Assembly: GCA_963830915.1 (NCBI GenBank)
Contig: CAWHOE010000027.1
Location: forward strand, 62,589-126,588
Reading direction: 5' to 3'
Source of the DNA: a candidate division FCPU426 bacterium
GTDB taxonomy: Bacteria > Oederibacteriota > Muellerivitia > Muellerivitales > Muellerivitaceae
Length of the DNA stretch: 64,000 nucleotides
This document shows, in pieces, positions 18,649 through 30,340 of this stretch. The position numbers and the translations under genes are program-made. The notes beneath the pieces are model-generated. The model saw nothing but the letters and a program-made list of their open reading frames with translations. It was not told the DNA's origin and made no database searches. Numbering within the stretch: the stretch's first letter is position 1; every line of letters starts with the position of its first letter.

Positions 18649-19128
18649 TTATTCCGTTGAGCCTTTGACCTGCTCCACCGCGACCCGTAGGACTGGTTTC
18701 AAGACATCCAAAGCGTCCTTCACCGAGGTTGGTGAACCCGGCAGGTTGATCAGGATTGTCTTTCCCCTGATACCCGCCAAACCCCTGGTCAATATCACCT
18801 GGGGGCTTTTCTCATGGGCCTTCACCCTTACCATCTCAGCCAAACCCGGGACCCACTTCTCACAGATCTGCATCATCGATTCGGGAACCCGGTCTTTATC
18901 CTGCAACCCGATCCCATCCAACGTGAAGATCACATCCACATGCCCGCTGTCGGCTACCTGGATCAAATAGTTCGTGACATGTTCCTGATCATCTCCCAGG
19001 ATATGCCGTTGCAATAGTTCCCAACCCATCTTTCGGCAAGTAGCTTCCATAAGTTCACCCAACTCATCATGGGCTCCCTCGACGGTATAACGGTTCCCAA
19101 CGGTCAAGACTACGACATGGATGGGCAT
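18649..19128 (-). CDS. mogA: MogA/MoaB-family molybdenum cofactor biosynthesis protein
   Basis: ...DVIFTLDGIGL..DRVPE...PGLAEMVR...LTRGLAGIRGKTILINLPGSPTSVKDAL matches the MoCF_biosynth domain. Confidence 0.8.
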   Translation of the reverse strand: MPIHVVVLTVGNRYTVEGAHDELGELMEATCRKMGWELLQRHILGDDQEHVTNYLIQVADSGHVDVIFTLDGIGLQDKDRVPESMMQICEKWVPGLAEMVRVKAHEKSPQVILTRGLAGIRGKTILINLPGSPTSVKDALDVLKPVLRVAVEQVKGSTE

Positions 19129-19338
19129 AAAACTTACCTCTTTGGCTTTTGCGGCAGATTAACCCAGACGATGATCAATTCCAAGGTTCATTTTATACTT
19201 TAGAGAGATCCTCATTCATCCAAAAACGAAGAAAGTAAAACAATAGCCAAAAGAATCCAACAAATGGGTGTCGATCACGGATTTTAAAGTTTTGCTAATG
19301 AGGAATATGAAACAAGCGACGAAAGAAAACGGAACCAA

Positions 19339-21631
19339 TTATTTATTGCGGGAATCCAAGTTCACGTTACCAAGATCGTCGGTTGGCGGTAAATCCAGGT
19401 CTTTGGGGGCTTTCACATCCGAATCCTGCAAGGGCGGAAGGGCTAAGCCCATGTCGTCAGCGGGAGGTGCACTGGCCTTAGCACCATTCGAATTATTGGT
19501 GGTTGAGGCCGAAGCGTTTGAATTACTGGGTGAGGTAGCCGAAGGTGCGCCAGTCCCAAGGTCCAAAGGTGGGGCTTGCATGCCATCTATATCAGATTTG
19601 ACGCCATCCAAAGCTTGCAAAGCGTTTTGTTGTGAATTGGTCGGTTCAGTACTTTGCGCCGGAGCGGCGGCCGGCTCGGAAACTACCGGTTGGTTGTTCG
19701 TGACCGGAGGGGCCTGGGTCACAGCGCTTGCCGCAGGAGCGGTGGCTGGAGCGACTGGCGCCTGAGTGGAACTTTCCAAAGCTGGAGGCGGTGGAACTTG
19801 ATCATTCGTGGATGGAGCGATTGTTCCGGTCGCCGGCTGGCTGCCACCCGGGACTTGAGGAACGGTCTCAGCGGCAGGCGGAGGAGGAGGCACCTGATCA
19901 TTCCCTACAGCGGGGGCGGTGGCCGGGGGTGGCGGGGCCGTGATAGCGGTAGACGGAGCGGGAGCGGTCGAGGCGTTACTACCGGCTTCCACATCCGGGG
20001 GCGGCGGCACTTCATCCGCGCTAGCCGGCGCGTTGGAAACAGGAGCTGCCGGGATTGATTGAGTGGTCGCGGGAGCGGCCGGTTGGCTGGCAGCGGGCAA
20101 AGGAGGGGCCGCGACAGGTACGGAAGGCGGGTTTTCAGAAAGTGAAGGTGGTAATTCGATCTCCGGACCAGGAGGTATCAAACTGGTTTCAGGTAGCGCA
20201 GGTACAGCTGGCACGTTGGATGAGCTTGCCGATGGAGCCTGAACAGCCGGAGCGGCCTCTTCCGAGGGCGGTGGTGGAGGTGTGGATGTATCAGCCGTAG
20301 TTGGCGGCGGGGGAGGTGCGGTTGTTTCAGCCGGAGCCGCCGGGGAGGGAGCCACTGGTGCCGCTGATTCAGCCGGGGTTGAGGGTTGAGGTTCCTCGAT
20401 CACCGTGGTGAAAGAAGTATTTCCTGTAGGGGAAATTTTTTGTTCCTCGGGAAGAACAAGGGGTTTCAATTTATGGGGAGCTGGCGGAAGGGCCTTCACT
20501 TTGGCCACACCGGTGGGCGCCAAGGTCTCCTCGGGAGCCGACACTTCAGCTGGCGCGGCGGTTTCCACGGCGGGAGCTTCAGCGGCTGTGGCTTCCGCGA
20601 CGGGAGCTTCGGGCTGGGCTGGCTGTTCGACGGCGGTCGTTTCCTCGTTCTTTGGCTGGGGTACGGGAAGAGCCGGTGCTTCCGGAGCGGTCGTCGAGGC
20701 TTCTTGGGCTTTTGCCTTAGCCTCCGCCTCTTTCTTGGCTTTTAAGGCTTGCAAACCTTCTTCTTCCTTCAGTTTTTTCAATGCGAGTTTCTCGGCTTTT
20801 TCCTCGCGTCTTTCCTTGGCAGCCATTTTGTTGGACATATCCAGGGTTATGGCTGGCAATTGGGTCTGTATATAGACCCTTAGGACATCCTTCAGGGATT
20901 TCATGGGTTCCAGGCTGACCGAACCCTGTATCTTGGGTAGAACGGCCTTTTCATCAGTCGTGCCCCAGAAGTTATTCCCTAACTTATAAGGAGGCGTGTT
21001 GTTGATGACCTCGACCATATTGTCATGGATGCTGTTATTCGTGAAATAGAATTCGGCAAAGCTTTTGAGGAACAACCCATAGGTGTTATTGACGATCGTA
21101 TTGAATGAGACATTCGCCCTGACCTTGCCATCGGTGACGATACCCGTGGCGTTCCCGAAGATCTTGTTGTTCTTAAGATGAGCTTGGGTGGTTCCCTGCA
21201 GGTAAAGACCGCTCCCTTTTGTAACCTCGCAGCCATTCATGGAAAGTTCAGCGTCCCGAGCCAGGATGATACCGCTCAAGATCCTCGCGTTGGAGAGGCG
21301 AACATCACCGCCATTGATGAACAATTCGCTTTGAAGGCCGCCTTGCTGCATATCGAATACCACGGGGGAAGCCGCGTCGCCAAGGACCTCAAGGGTTCCG
21401 TCTACCTCGATCTCGGCAGCACCGGAGTAGATCACCTGGACCCCCGGGCCGATGGTCAGGACCGTTCCTTTAGGCACTACGACCTTCCCTTGGACCTGGT
21501 AGGGATTGCCATTCGCGTCCCAATGGGTATCGGTCAAAAGAGTGGTGGGGTACTTGCGTGGAAGCGCTAAGTGAAATGCATGTAAAGAACGAGAGGAAAA
21601 AAATGGAAATAAAAGATGTGGTTTGCTTCAT
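19339..21631 (-). CDS. secreted right-handed beta-helix protein with a ~450-aa Pro-rich C-terminal region; frameshift after the signal peptide
   Basis: Tracked ORF 19339-21537 has parallel beta-helix-like repeats (NNKIFGNATGIV, NTIVNNTYGLFL, NNSIHDN), then a KAEKLALKK coiled segment and a long P/A/T/S-rich tail. A good signal peptide MKQTTSFISIFFLSFFTCISLSAS starts at ATG 21631 in a different frame. Confidence 0.6.
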
Positions 21632-21876
21632 CACTAGGTCATTAACCCCGAATGAAAGAATATAAGGACAAACCCTGCGCCCTCTAAGGAAAACGAAAGT
21701 ACTATAACATAAATCGACATTTACGAAATCACAAACGAGGCTCTAAACCATTTTTCACGGGCAAATATTGACCGGGGTGAGATGGTCTATACCACCCCAC
21801 CACCGGTTAAAACATTAAACAACGAGCCTTTAGGCTCCCGCTTAAGGAGACCCAAAGGCTTTAAAGAGCTTAAATT

Positions 21877-24665
21877 TTACTTAGAGGAATATTCTTTGCT
21901 ACCCTTTTTCGAGTGTTTGAGCGCGGCTTGGGCCGCCGCCAAACGGGCGATAGGGACCCGGTAAGGTGAGCAGGAGACGTAATTCAATCCCACCATATGG
22001 CAGAACTCGACGGAATTGGGATCCCCGCCGTGCTCCCCGCAAATCCCCACCTTCAGCTTGGGCTTCACTGATCGGCCCTTTTCCACGCGCCATTTTGACC
22101 AGCTGGCCGACGCCGCCCCGGTCCAAGACCTGGAAGGGATCCTTCTCGAAGATCGCCGTGGTCCTGGTAATAACGGATGATCTTCGCGGTATCGTCCCGT
22201 GAAAACCCGAAGGTGGTCTGGGTCAGGTCATTGGTCCCAAAGCTGAAGAACTCAGCTTCTTCAGCGATCTTGTCGGCCGTGACGGCCGCCCGGGGAAGCT
22301 CGATCATGGTCCCGATCATGTATTCCAGCTTGACGCCGTATTTCTTGATGGTCTCCTCGGCTTTTTTGATGACGATGGCCTTCTGGTTCTTCAATTCGAG
22401 CCACGTCCCCGACCAGCGGGATCATGATCTCAGGGATGATCTTCTTGCCTTTCTTCACCAATTCGCAGGCCGCGGCGATGACAGCCTCGGTCTGCATTTC
22501 GGTGATCTCAGGATAAGTGATTCCCAGCGGCAGCCCCGGTGGCCCAGCATGGGGTTGAACTCGTGGAGTTCCTCCACCCGGGCCAAGAGCTTCTTGGCCT
22601 TATCCAGCTCGGACCCTCTTCCTTACCAGTTCCAAGGCCTTCTTGATGATCTCGTTGGTTGTGGTGTTTTCCGGTGGCTTCCATCGTGGCGATCTCCACC
22701 ATCAGTTCCTCCCGTTCGGGCAGGAACTCATGCAGGGGGGATCCAGGAAGCGAACGGTGACCGGATGGCCTTCCATGGCCTCGAACAACCCCTTGAAGTC
22801 GGATTGCTGCATGGGCAGGAGTTTTTCCAGGGCCTTGCGGCGGGAAGCCTCATCGGTGGCTAGGATCATGGCTTGCATGTGGGGCAGCCGGTCCTCGGCG
22901 AAGAACATATGCTCGGTACGGCATAACCCGATGCCCTCGGCCCCGAAAGCGCGGGCCACCTTGGCGTCCCGCGGGATGTCGGCGTTGGCCCGGACCTTAA
23001 GGGTGCGGGTTGCGTCCGCCCAGCTCATCAGTGTGGCGAAATCCCCGGAAAGCTCCGGGTCCATGGTCGGCACCTTGCCCGTTGATGACTTCGCCGGTGG
23101 AGCCATTGAGGGAAATCCAATCCCCTTCTTTGACAGTGACCGTCCCCGACCGAGAACTTACTGGCTGTGTTCATCCACCTTGATGGACTTCGCAGCCGGC
23201 CACGCAAGTCTTGCCCATGCCCCGGGCCACGACCGCCGCGTGGCTGGTCATGCCCCCGCGGGCGGTCAGGATGCCCTCGGCGGCATCCATGCCATGGATG
23301 TCGTCGGGAGAGGTTTCCAGGCGGACCAGGATCACTTTTTTACCGTCAGCTTTCCATTCCACGGCCACATCGGCGGTGAAGACCGCCTGGCCGGTGGCGG
23401 CGCCGGGCGAGGCCGGCAGGCCCTTGGTGATGACGTCCTTCTTGGCCTTCGGGTCGAACACGGGATGCAGCAATTGGTCGAGCTGGATGGGCTCGACGCG
23501 CATGAAGGCCTCTTCCTTGGTGATGAGCTTCTCGGCCACCAGGTCGATGGCGATCTTGACGGCCGCGGCCGCGGTGCGTTTGCCCGTGCGGGTCTGCAGC
23601 ATGAAGAGCTTGCCCTTCTCGATGGTGAACTCGAAGTCCTGGATATCGCGGTAGTGCTTTTCCAGCTTCTTGGTGGTGTCATAGAGCTGTTTGAACACCT
23701 TGGGCATGTCTTTTTCCAGGTGCGTGATGGGCTGGGGCGTGCGGACGCCCGCCACGACGTCCTCGCCCTGGGCGTTCAACAGATACTCGCCATAGAATTT
23801 CTTCTCGCCGGTGGCCGGGTTGCGGGTGAAATCCAACGCCCGTTCCCGAATCGTCGCCCATGTTGCCGAACACCATGGATTGCACGTTGACGGCCGTCCC
23901 GATGTTGTGGGGAATGTCGTTCTGTTTACGGTAATAGATGGCCCGGTCGTTCATCCAGGAACGGAAAACGGCGTCCCTGGCGCCCCGAAGCTGTTCCATG
24001 ACATCCTGCGGAAAAGCGTGGCCCGTTTTCTCTTTAATTAGCTTCTTGAATTGCTCGACCATATCCTTCAGGTCGGCGGCGGTCAGGTCGGTATCGAGCT
24101 TGACATGCTTGGCTTCCTTCACCTTGTCGATGACCCGTTCGAACACTTCTTTGCCCATCTCCATCACCACGTTGCCGTACATCTGCACGAAACGGCGGTA
24201 GGAATCCCAGGCAAAACGCTCGTTGTTGGTGGAGGCGATCAAACCCTTCACCGTCTCATCGTTCAATCCCAGGTTGAGGATGGTATCCATCATGCCGGGC
24301 ATGGAGAACTTGGCACCCGAGCGGACCGAAACCAACAGGGGGTTATTGCGGTCCCCGAACTTCTTTCCCAGGGCCTTTTCCAGTCGGGCCAAATGGGTCT
24401 GCATTTCCTTGTCGATGGAGGCCGGAACCTTCTTGCCGGCCTCGTAATAGATACGGCAGGTCTCGGTGGTAATGGTGAATCCCGGGGGAACAGGAACCCC
24501 GGCGTTGGTCATCTCGGCCAACCCGGCGCCCTTGCCTCCCAGGACATCCTTCATGGTGCCGGTTCCTTCGGCTTTACCGTTGCCGAAGAAATAAACGAAC
24601 TTGCTGGATTTTTTGGCGGACTTGGCTGCGGAGTCTTTCTTTTGCGACTTTGCTTTTTTCGGCAT
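21877..24665 (-). pseudogene. ppdK: pyruvate, phosphate dikinase, split over at least 8 reading-frame segments
   Basis: PPDK-conserved blocks appear successively in ORFs 23679-24698 (GGKGAGLAEM...SMPGMMDTILNLGLND), 23171-23836 (TRNPATGEK...[15 protein letters not shown]), 22702-23106 (ANADIP...GIGLCRTEHMFF), 22508-22702, 22261-22497, 22065-22394 ([20 protein letters not shown]), 21899-22126 and 21877-22086 (ICGEHGGDP...[19 protein letters not shown]). ATG 24665 has a GGAGG RBS. Confidence 0.85.
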
Positions 24666-24847
24666 TTCTTCCTCCCTGGAATGGAACGGCGGTTTCAAAA
24701 TATTTTTAAGCGTGGTAAAGGAGCATTAAAATGGCCCTCATTGTAGCAAACACTTTTGCCTTTGCAATGACAGCTATCACAATCAAAGCGTAACGATAAA
24801 CAACATCGCAATCTTGGAAAAATTAAGGTTTAACGACATTTTTGTCG

Positions 24848-26963
24848 TTACGAGGCGGGAGCCGCTTCTGAGGAATAAACCAACTTTCCGAAATCACACA
24901 ACACCAGAAGGAGTTCGGAAGTTTGTTTCAACAAGGCCAATCGATTATTCCGGACCTTGGCGTTCTTATCCATGACCATCACCTTTTCAAAGAAAGCATG
25001 GATCGGCTGGACCAGGGTATTCAAGTGGTCGATGACATCCTCGTAAAAGGTGGGGCTTTGGGGATCAAGATCGGCGATCAGTTTTTTCGCGAACAACATC
25101 TTTTCCAAAAGTTCCTTTTCCTCGTTCAATTTGAAAAGCGCCTTGGAGATCTTTTCGGAGATCCTTTTGTTTGGGCAGGATGCGCAGCACACGTCCAGCC
25201 GCGGTCACCAAGTCCTGGAATTCCTTCTCTTGTTTATGCCGCTGGATGATCTCGGCCTTACCGACCATGTCGGTCAGGGATGGAGAAGGAGACCCCAGGG
25301 CGGCGTTGATGACATCATAGGATAGTCCACGGGATTCCAGGACACTTTGGAACCGTCCCTTCACGAACTCCAGTATCTCCTCGATCTCACCCGGCTTGAC
25401 CTTGCCTTCGTACTGTTTCCGGGCGGCTTTGACCAGATCTTCCATGGAAACGGGATAGCGGTGTTCCAAGATGATCAGGATGACCCCCAAGACCTGGCGT
25501 CTCAGGGCGAAGGGGTCCTGGGAACCGGTCGGGATCAATCCCGCCTTGAAACATCCGACCATGGTGTCGACCTTGTCGGCGATGGACAGAAGACAGGATT
25601 CACGGGTAGGCGGCAAGACGTCCCCCGAGAAACGGGGATAATAATGATATTGGATGGCATCGCCTTCGGACTCCCGGCCCTGCTTCTTGGCGTAGATCCC
25701 GCCCATATAGCCTTGGAGACTATTGAATTCTTTTTCCCGGATGATGTTGGTCGCCAGGTCCGCCTTGCAAAGAAGGGCGGCCCCGCCCAAAGCCTTTTCC
25801 ATCTCTTTGGGGGCATGGCAGAGCTCGGCGACTTTTTTGACGAGTTTCTCAAGACGGGCGGACTTATCCGCCATGGTTCCCATGCCTTCCAGCCAGGTGA
25901 TCCCATTGAGCTTTTCGGCCCACTCTTCCAGCGGGATCTTCATATCCTCGGACACGAAAAATTTGGCGTCCTCCAAACGGGCCTTCAAGACCCCCTCATT
26001 GGCCCTGGTCACGACGGACTTGTCCTTGGGAGTCCCATTGATGACACCGATGAAATGGGGAAGGAGTTTTCCGCCCTGGTCCCGGACGGCGAAGTATTTT
26101 TGATGCTCCCTCATGGCCGTCACGATGACCGCGTCGGGCAATTCCAGGTACTTGGGGTCAAAGGACCCCATGATCACGTCGGGACTTTCAATGAGATTGT
26201 TCACATCGCTCAACAGGTCCGGGTCCTGGGGTACGACACATCCCTTTTCGGCGGCCGTTTGCTGGACCTTGTTCCAGATGGAGCTCTTTCTCTCGTCCGG
26301 ATCCACGATGACCCCGGCCTGCCGTAGGACCTCCAGATAATCCCCCGCTTCCTCTATATCCAAGGCCCCTTTCTTGAGGGACCTCAACCCGTAGGTTTCC
26401 CGGCTGCTATAAAGGCCGGCGATCTCGAAGGATATGACGCTTCGCGAGAAGACCGAACAGATCCATCGGATAGGCCTGGCGAACTGGAAATCACCGTTCC
26501 CCCAGCGTTGGACCTTGGGAAAGCGGATCTTTTTGATGACTTCGGGGAATACTTCGGCCAGTATCTCGGAGGTCAATCGTCCTCCCGATTTTTTGATGGC
26601 TACCACCACCTCGCCTTTGGGGGTTTGTTTGCGTTTCAAGGCAGCGGCTGAAATTCCTTGGGCCTTGGCGAAACCCTCCCCCGCGCGGGTCGGCAACCCG
26701 TGTTCATCAAAGGCTATCGACACCAGGGGACCAGTCACTTCCTTGGCCACATCCTGCTGCATCTCGGGAAGGCCCTTGAAGAAAAGAGTCAGTCGGCGGG
26801 GCGTGTAATAGGTATAAAGGCGCTGGAAAGCGATCCGGTGTTCCCGCAGGGAAGCTTCCGCGGCCGAGACCATCTGGTCGATCGCCGGGCGTATATAGGA
26901 GGACGGCAGTTCCTCACAGCCGATCTCCAATACCGCGTCTTTTAGAATGATCGAATGATCCAA
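24848..26963 (-). CDS. glyS: glycine--tRNA ligase beta subunit (one frameshift near 25170)
   Basis: LLEIGCEELP, RRL..., GLIPTGSQDPFALRR are GlyS motifs in ORF 25065-26963. The C-terminal ~110 aa continue in ORF 24848-25192 in another frame. The switch lies in cccaaacaaaagga. Confidence 0.85.
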
Positions 26964-26975
26964 TTTCCTATCCGT

Positions 26976-27857
26976 TCAAGCTTTCTTTAACAGCGGGAAA
27001 CCCAGGGCTTCCCTTTCCTTCACGTAGGCGGTCGCAACCCCTTTGGCCATAGCCCGGACCCGGCCAATGTAATTGGTCCTTTCGGCCACCGATATGGCCC
27101 CTCGGGCGTCCAATAGGTTGAAAGTATGGGATGCCTTGATGACGTAATCGTAAGCCGGCGCCACCAGGCCAAGCTCCAACAGCCGTTTTACTTCGCCCTC
27201 GAAGTCCTTGAAATGGCGAAGCAGCATCTTGGTATTGGCGTGCTCGAAATTGAAGGCCGAGAAGGCCTTTTCGCTCGGATGGAAGATGTCCCGGTAGGTG
27301 ATGTTCTTCCCGCCGTAATGAAGGTCCCAAACGCTATCCACGCCTTGGATGACAGTGGCGATGCGCTCCAGACCGAAAGTGATCTCCCCGGAGACGGGTT
27401 TCAATTCCAAGCCCCCGGTGGTCTGGAAAAAGGTGAACTGGGTGATCTCGATGCCGTCCATCCAGACCTGCCAGCCCAAACCGGAAGCCCCCAAGGTCGG
27501 CGATTCCCAGTCGTCCTCGACGAAACGGATATCATGCTCGTCTTGCTTGATGCCGATCTGTTCCAGGCTCTCCAGGTAAAGTTCCACCATGTTGTCGGGC
27601 GAGGGTTTCAGGATGATCTGATACTGGTAATAATGCTGCATGCGGTTAGGGTTCTCGCCGTAACGTCCATCCTTGGGACGACGGCAGGGATCCACATAAG
27701 CCACTTGGTAGGGTTCGGGACCCAGGACTCGGAAAAAGGTGGCGGGGTTGAAAGTACCGGCCCCTTTTTCCATGTCATAGGGCTGTTGGATGATGCATCC
27801 CTGACGGCTCCAGAAATGGTCGAGGTTTAGGATGAGTTCTTGGAACGAAAGCGCCAT
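26976..27857 (-). CDS. glyQ: glycine--tRNA ligase alpha subunit
   Basis: [15 protein letters not shown]...QPYD.E.GAGT.NPATF...[17 protein letters not shown] is canonical GlyQ. Confidence 0.92.
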   Translation of the reverse strand: MALSFQELILNLDHFWSRQGCIIQQPYDMEKGAGTFNPATFFRVLGPEPYQVAYVDPCRRPKDGRYGENPNRMQHYYQYQIILKPSPDNMVELYLESLEQIGIKQDEHDIRFVEDDWESPTLGASGLGWQVWMDGIEITQFTFFQTTGGLELKPVSGEITFGLERIATVIQGVDSVWDLHYGGKNITYRDIFHPSEKAFSAFNFEHANTKMLLRHFKDFEGEVKRLLELGLVAPAYDYVIKASHTFNLLDARGAISVAERTNYIGRVRAMAKGVATAYVKEREALGFPLLKKA

Positions 27858-27980
27858 CGAATTCCCTTATGTTTTGATGTCCTGCCCTGGCCTCGGGTTT
27901 TTCAAACCCAATGGCCCGGAACGCCCCCCAATATAAAGCATTTATCCGGGACGGCATAGCCCCACATCCAATATGAGGTC

Positions 27981-28010
27981 AAAAAAAAAGCCCCCGATCT
28001 CTCGGGGGCT
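27981..28010 (-). terminator. intrinsic terminator after cspA
   Basis: 9-bp stem agcccccga/tcgggggct (27989-28010), followed on the minus strand by a 9-nt T-run. Confidence 0.6.
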
Positions 28011-28032
28011 TTTAATGAACCGCCTGGATCGT

Positions 28033-28233
28033 TCAGATTTTACGGACGTTTTCGGCCTTTAAACCCTTGTCACCCTTGGCCACGTCGAATTCCACTCGAT
28101 CGCCTTCGTTCAGGCTTTTGAATCCATCGCTCTGGATGGCTGAATAGTGAACGAACACATCGTCACCGCCGTCCTGTGAGATAAAACCAAAACCCTTTTC
28201 GTTCTTGAACCACTTGACTGTCCCTTGAGCCAT
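28033..28233 (-). CDS. cspA: cold-shock protein (CspA family)
   Basis: [15 protein letters not shown]...DVFVHYSAI is the RNP1/RNP2 cold-shock signature; 66 aa. Confidence 0.9.
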   Translation of the reverse strand: MAQGTVKWFKNEKGFGFISQDGGDDVFVHYSAIQSDGFKSLNEGDRVEFDVAKGDKGLKAENVRKI

Positions 28234-28430
28234 TCCGCTAACCTCGACCTGATGAATTTAACAACCTCCATGGGCCCGAACCCAGAAGGCATTCATCTTA
28301 CAAAAAAGTGCATTTTTTGAGAACTTTTTTGGCGAACTAAATTCGATTTACCCCATGACTTAAAGTGGCGAAAGGTTATAATCGTGCTCGTTTAAGCTGT
28401 ATATTTTGAACCTTTTATGGAGGGGAGCCC

Positions 28431-29660
28431 ATGAAAAAGTTCTTCATCGGTTTGTCTTTATTGTTACTGGTCTTGGCCCTGATCATCGCCGGTTTCGCGC
28501 TGTACATCCAATTCACCGGCATCCCAAAATACCCCGTTGAAAAGATCGACCTGAAGGTGCAAAGCACGGCCCAGCGGGTGGCCCGCGGCCGGAAGCTGGT
28601 CAATATGCTTTGCGCCGACTGTCACTACGACCAACAGACCCATTCCCTGACGGGCAAACGCATGCTGGATTTGCCCCCATCCTTCGGGACCGCCTATTCA
28701 GCCAATATCACCCAACACCCGGTCAAGGGCATCGGGAACTGGACCGATGGACAGATCGCATGGTTCTTGCGGACAGGCATCAAACCCACGGGCGAGTATG
28801 TCCCTCCTTATATGGTGAAGCTGAATGACCTGTCGGATGAGGACATGGCTTCCATGATCGCTTTCTTGAGGTCCAATGATGCCCTGGTAGCCGCCAAGGA
28901 TGTGGACAGCGTCCCCTGCCGTCCTTCCTTCCTGGTCAAGTTCCTCAGCCACGTGGCTTTCCTGCCCCTGCCCTACCCCAAGGCCCCCATTGCCCACCCG
29001 GACCTGAAGGACGAGGTGAAATACGGAAAGTACACCGCCCTTTCCGTGGCCAAATGCTACGAGTGCCACTCCGCCGACTTCAAGACCAATGTCGCCCTCT
29101 TTCCCGAGCGCTCCAAGGGGTTCATGGGAGGTGGTAACGCCATGAACGACGCCAACGGCAACACGGTCTACAGCGCCAACATCACCCCCGACACGGAAAC
29201 GGGCATTGGCCGTTGGACCGAAGCACAGTTCGCCCGTGCCCTTCGGCAAGGTTTCCGCCCGGACAACACCGTCATCCGATATCCCATGGTGCTATATCCG
29301 GACCTGTCGAACCAGGAGATCCATGACCTTTACTCTTATTTCAAGACCGTACCGGTCATCCATCATCAGGTCCCGCCCTCGACCGGCGTGGTCATGAGCG
29401 ACGCCAACGCCTCAATAGGTAAAAAACTCTATTACAACTACTCTTGCGATACCTGCCATGGCACCACGGGAAATGGCAGCTGCGACCTGACTGGTTCCAA
29501 CAAGGATTACCCGGACGACAAACAATTGAAGGGTTATATCCGGAACGCCTCCAATTATTTTCCAGATTCTAAGATGCCGACATGGCAAGGCGTCATCAAG
29601 GAAGAGGAATACGGCCCCTTGATCAGCTATGTTCGGAGCCTTTCAGCCGGTAAAAAATAG
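28431..29660 (+). CDS. membrane-anchored c-type cytochrome with three CxxCH haem motifs
   Basis: N-terminal TM helix; CADCH, CYECH, CDTCH. Confidence 0.8.
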   Translation: MKKFFIGLSLLLLVLALIIAGFALYIQFTGIPKYPVEKIDLKVQSTAQRVARGRKLVNMLCADCHYDQQTHSLTGKRMLDLPPSFGTAYSANITQHPVKGIGNWTDGQIAWFLRTGIKPTGEYVPPYMVKLNDLSDEDMASMIAFLRSNDALVAAKDVDSVPCRPSFLVKFLSHVAFLPLPYPKAPIAHPDLKDEVKYGKYTALSVAKCYECHSADFKTNVALFPERSKGFMGGGNAMNDANGNTVYSANITPDTETGIGRWTEAQFARALRQGFRPDNTVIRYPMVLYPDLSNQEIHDLYSYFKTVPVIHHQVPPSTGVVMSDANASIGKKLYYNYSCDTCHGTTGNGSCDLTGSNKDYPDDKQLKGYIRNASNYFPDSKMPTWQGVIKEEEYGPLISYVRSLSAGKK

Positions 29661-29749
29661 GCATTTTGCGTTTCTTCGGGAGATCACTGGTGGTTCTTCC
29701 CCGTGATAGGTAGACTTTAAATCCTGAATGTCTTCCTCAAGGAATATCC

Positions 29750-30340
29750 ATGATCCGGTCGGCCGCTATCCCATTCCCTCTCTTCCTCGCTGTCTTGATC
29801 TTCCTGTGCTCCTGCCGGGCAGCGGCCCAATCGGGCGTTCCAAAGGAGGCTCTCAACGACCAGCCTGGGATCATCGAAACAAAGATGGGCCTTGTCTTGT
29901 ATGGGATCATTGGCTCGGACACCGACTATTTCCTGAACGGAAAAAAGGTCAATGAGTTCCGCGATCTCAAAAGCCTCATCTACCCCCTTCACGACGCGGA
30001 GGCGTCCCAATTGATCCGGGACGCGGAGGACACGGACTTCGCCGCTTCCATGTTTTTCGCGGGTGGGACGATCGCGGGAGTCTATATCGCCCTGGCCTAC
30101 AAACCCATGCCTTTCGTCGGCGTGGATTTCATTGACCGAATCAACACGGGGCTTTTCGCCGCCCAATTCTTATGGGCGCCCTCGTTCGTTTTCGGAACCA
30201 TCTCGGGCGTCAAGAAATTCAACGCCGTCAAGAGATACAACGATTTGATCAAAGGGAGGGATAACACCGGCATCGACTTGAAACCGCGCGTTTTCGCCGC
30301 GAGAGGCGGCGGTGGATTCGGATTGGAATGTGACTTTTAG
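29750..30340 (+). CDS. hypothetical lipoprotein
   Basis: MIRSAAIPFPLFLAVLIFLCSC lipobox-like signal, one internal hydrophobic segment. No recognised domain. Confidence 0.55.
   Translation: MIRSAAIPFPLFLAVLIFLCSCRAAAQSGVPKEALNDQPGIIETKMGLVLYGIIGSDTDYFLNGKKVNEFRDLKSLIYPLHDAEASQLIRDAEDTDFAASMFFAGGTIAGVYIALAYKPMPFVGVDFIDRINTGLFAAQFLWAPSFVFGTISGVKKFNAVKRYNDLIKGRDNTGIDLKPRVFAARGGGGFGLECDF

Noticed and set aside
19339-20700. Pro-rich coding region as a DNA tandem repeat or diversity-generating target
   Set aside because: It is low-complexity at the protein level, but I could not find a regular nucleotide period, a template repeat or a reverse transcriptase in the window.
22643-23890. 415-aa ORF on the plus strand
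   Set aside because: Antisense shadow of ppdK, with no recognisable motifs. The same applies to 4233-5297, 24051-24746, 25347-26327, 27126-27830, 15633-16199 and 46090-46779, which lie opposite the propeller lipoprotein gene, ppdK, glyS, glyQ, tyrS and ftsK.
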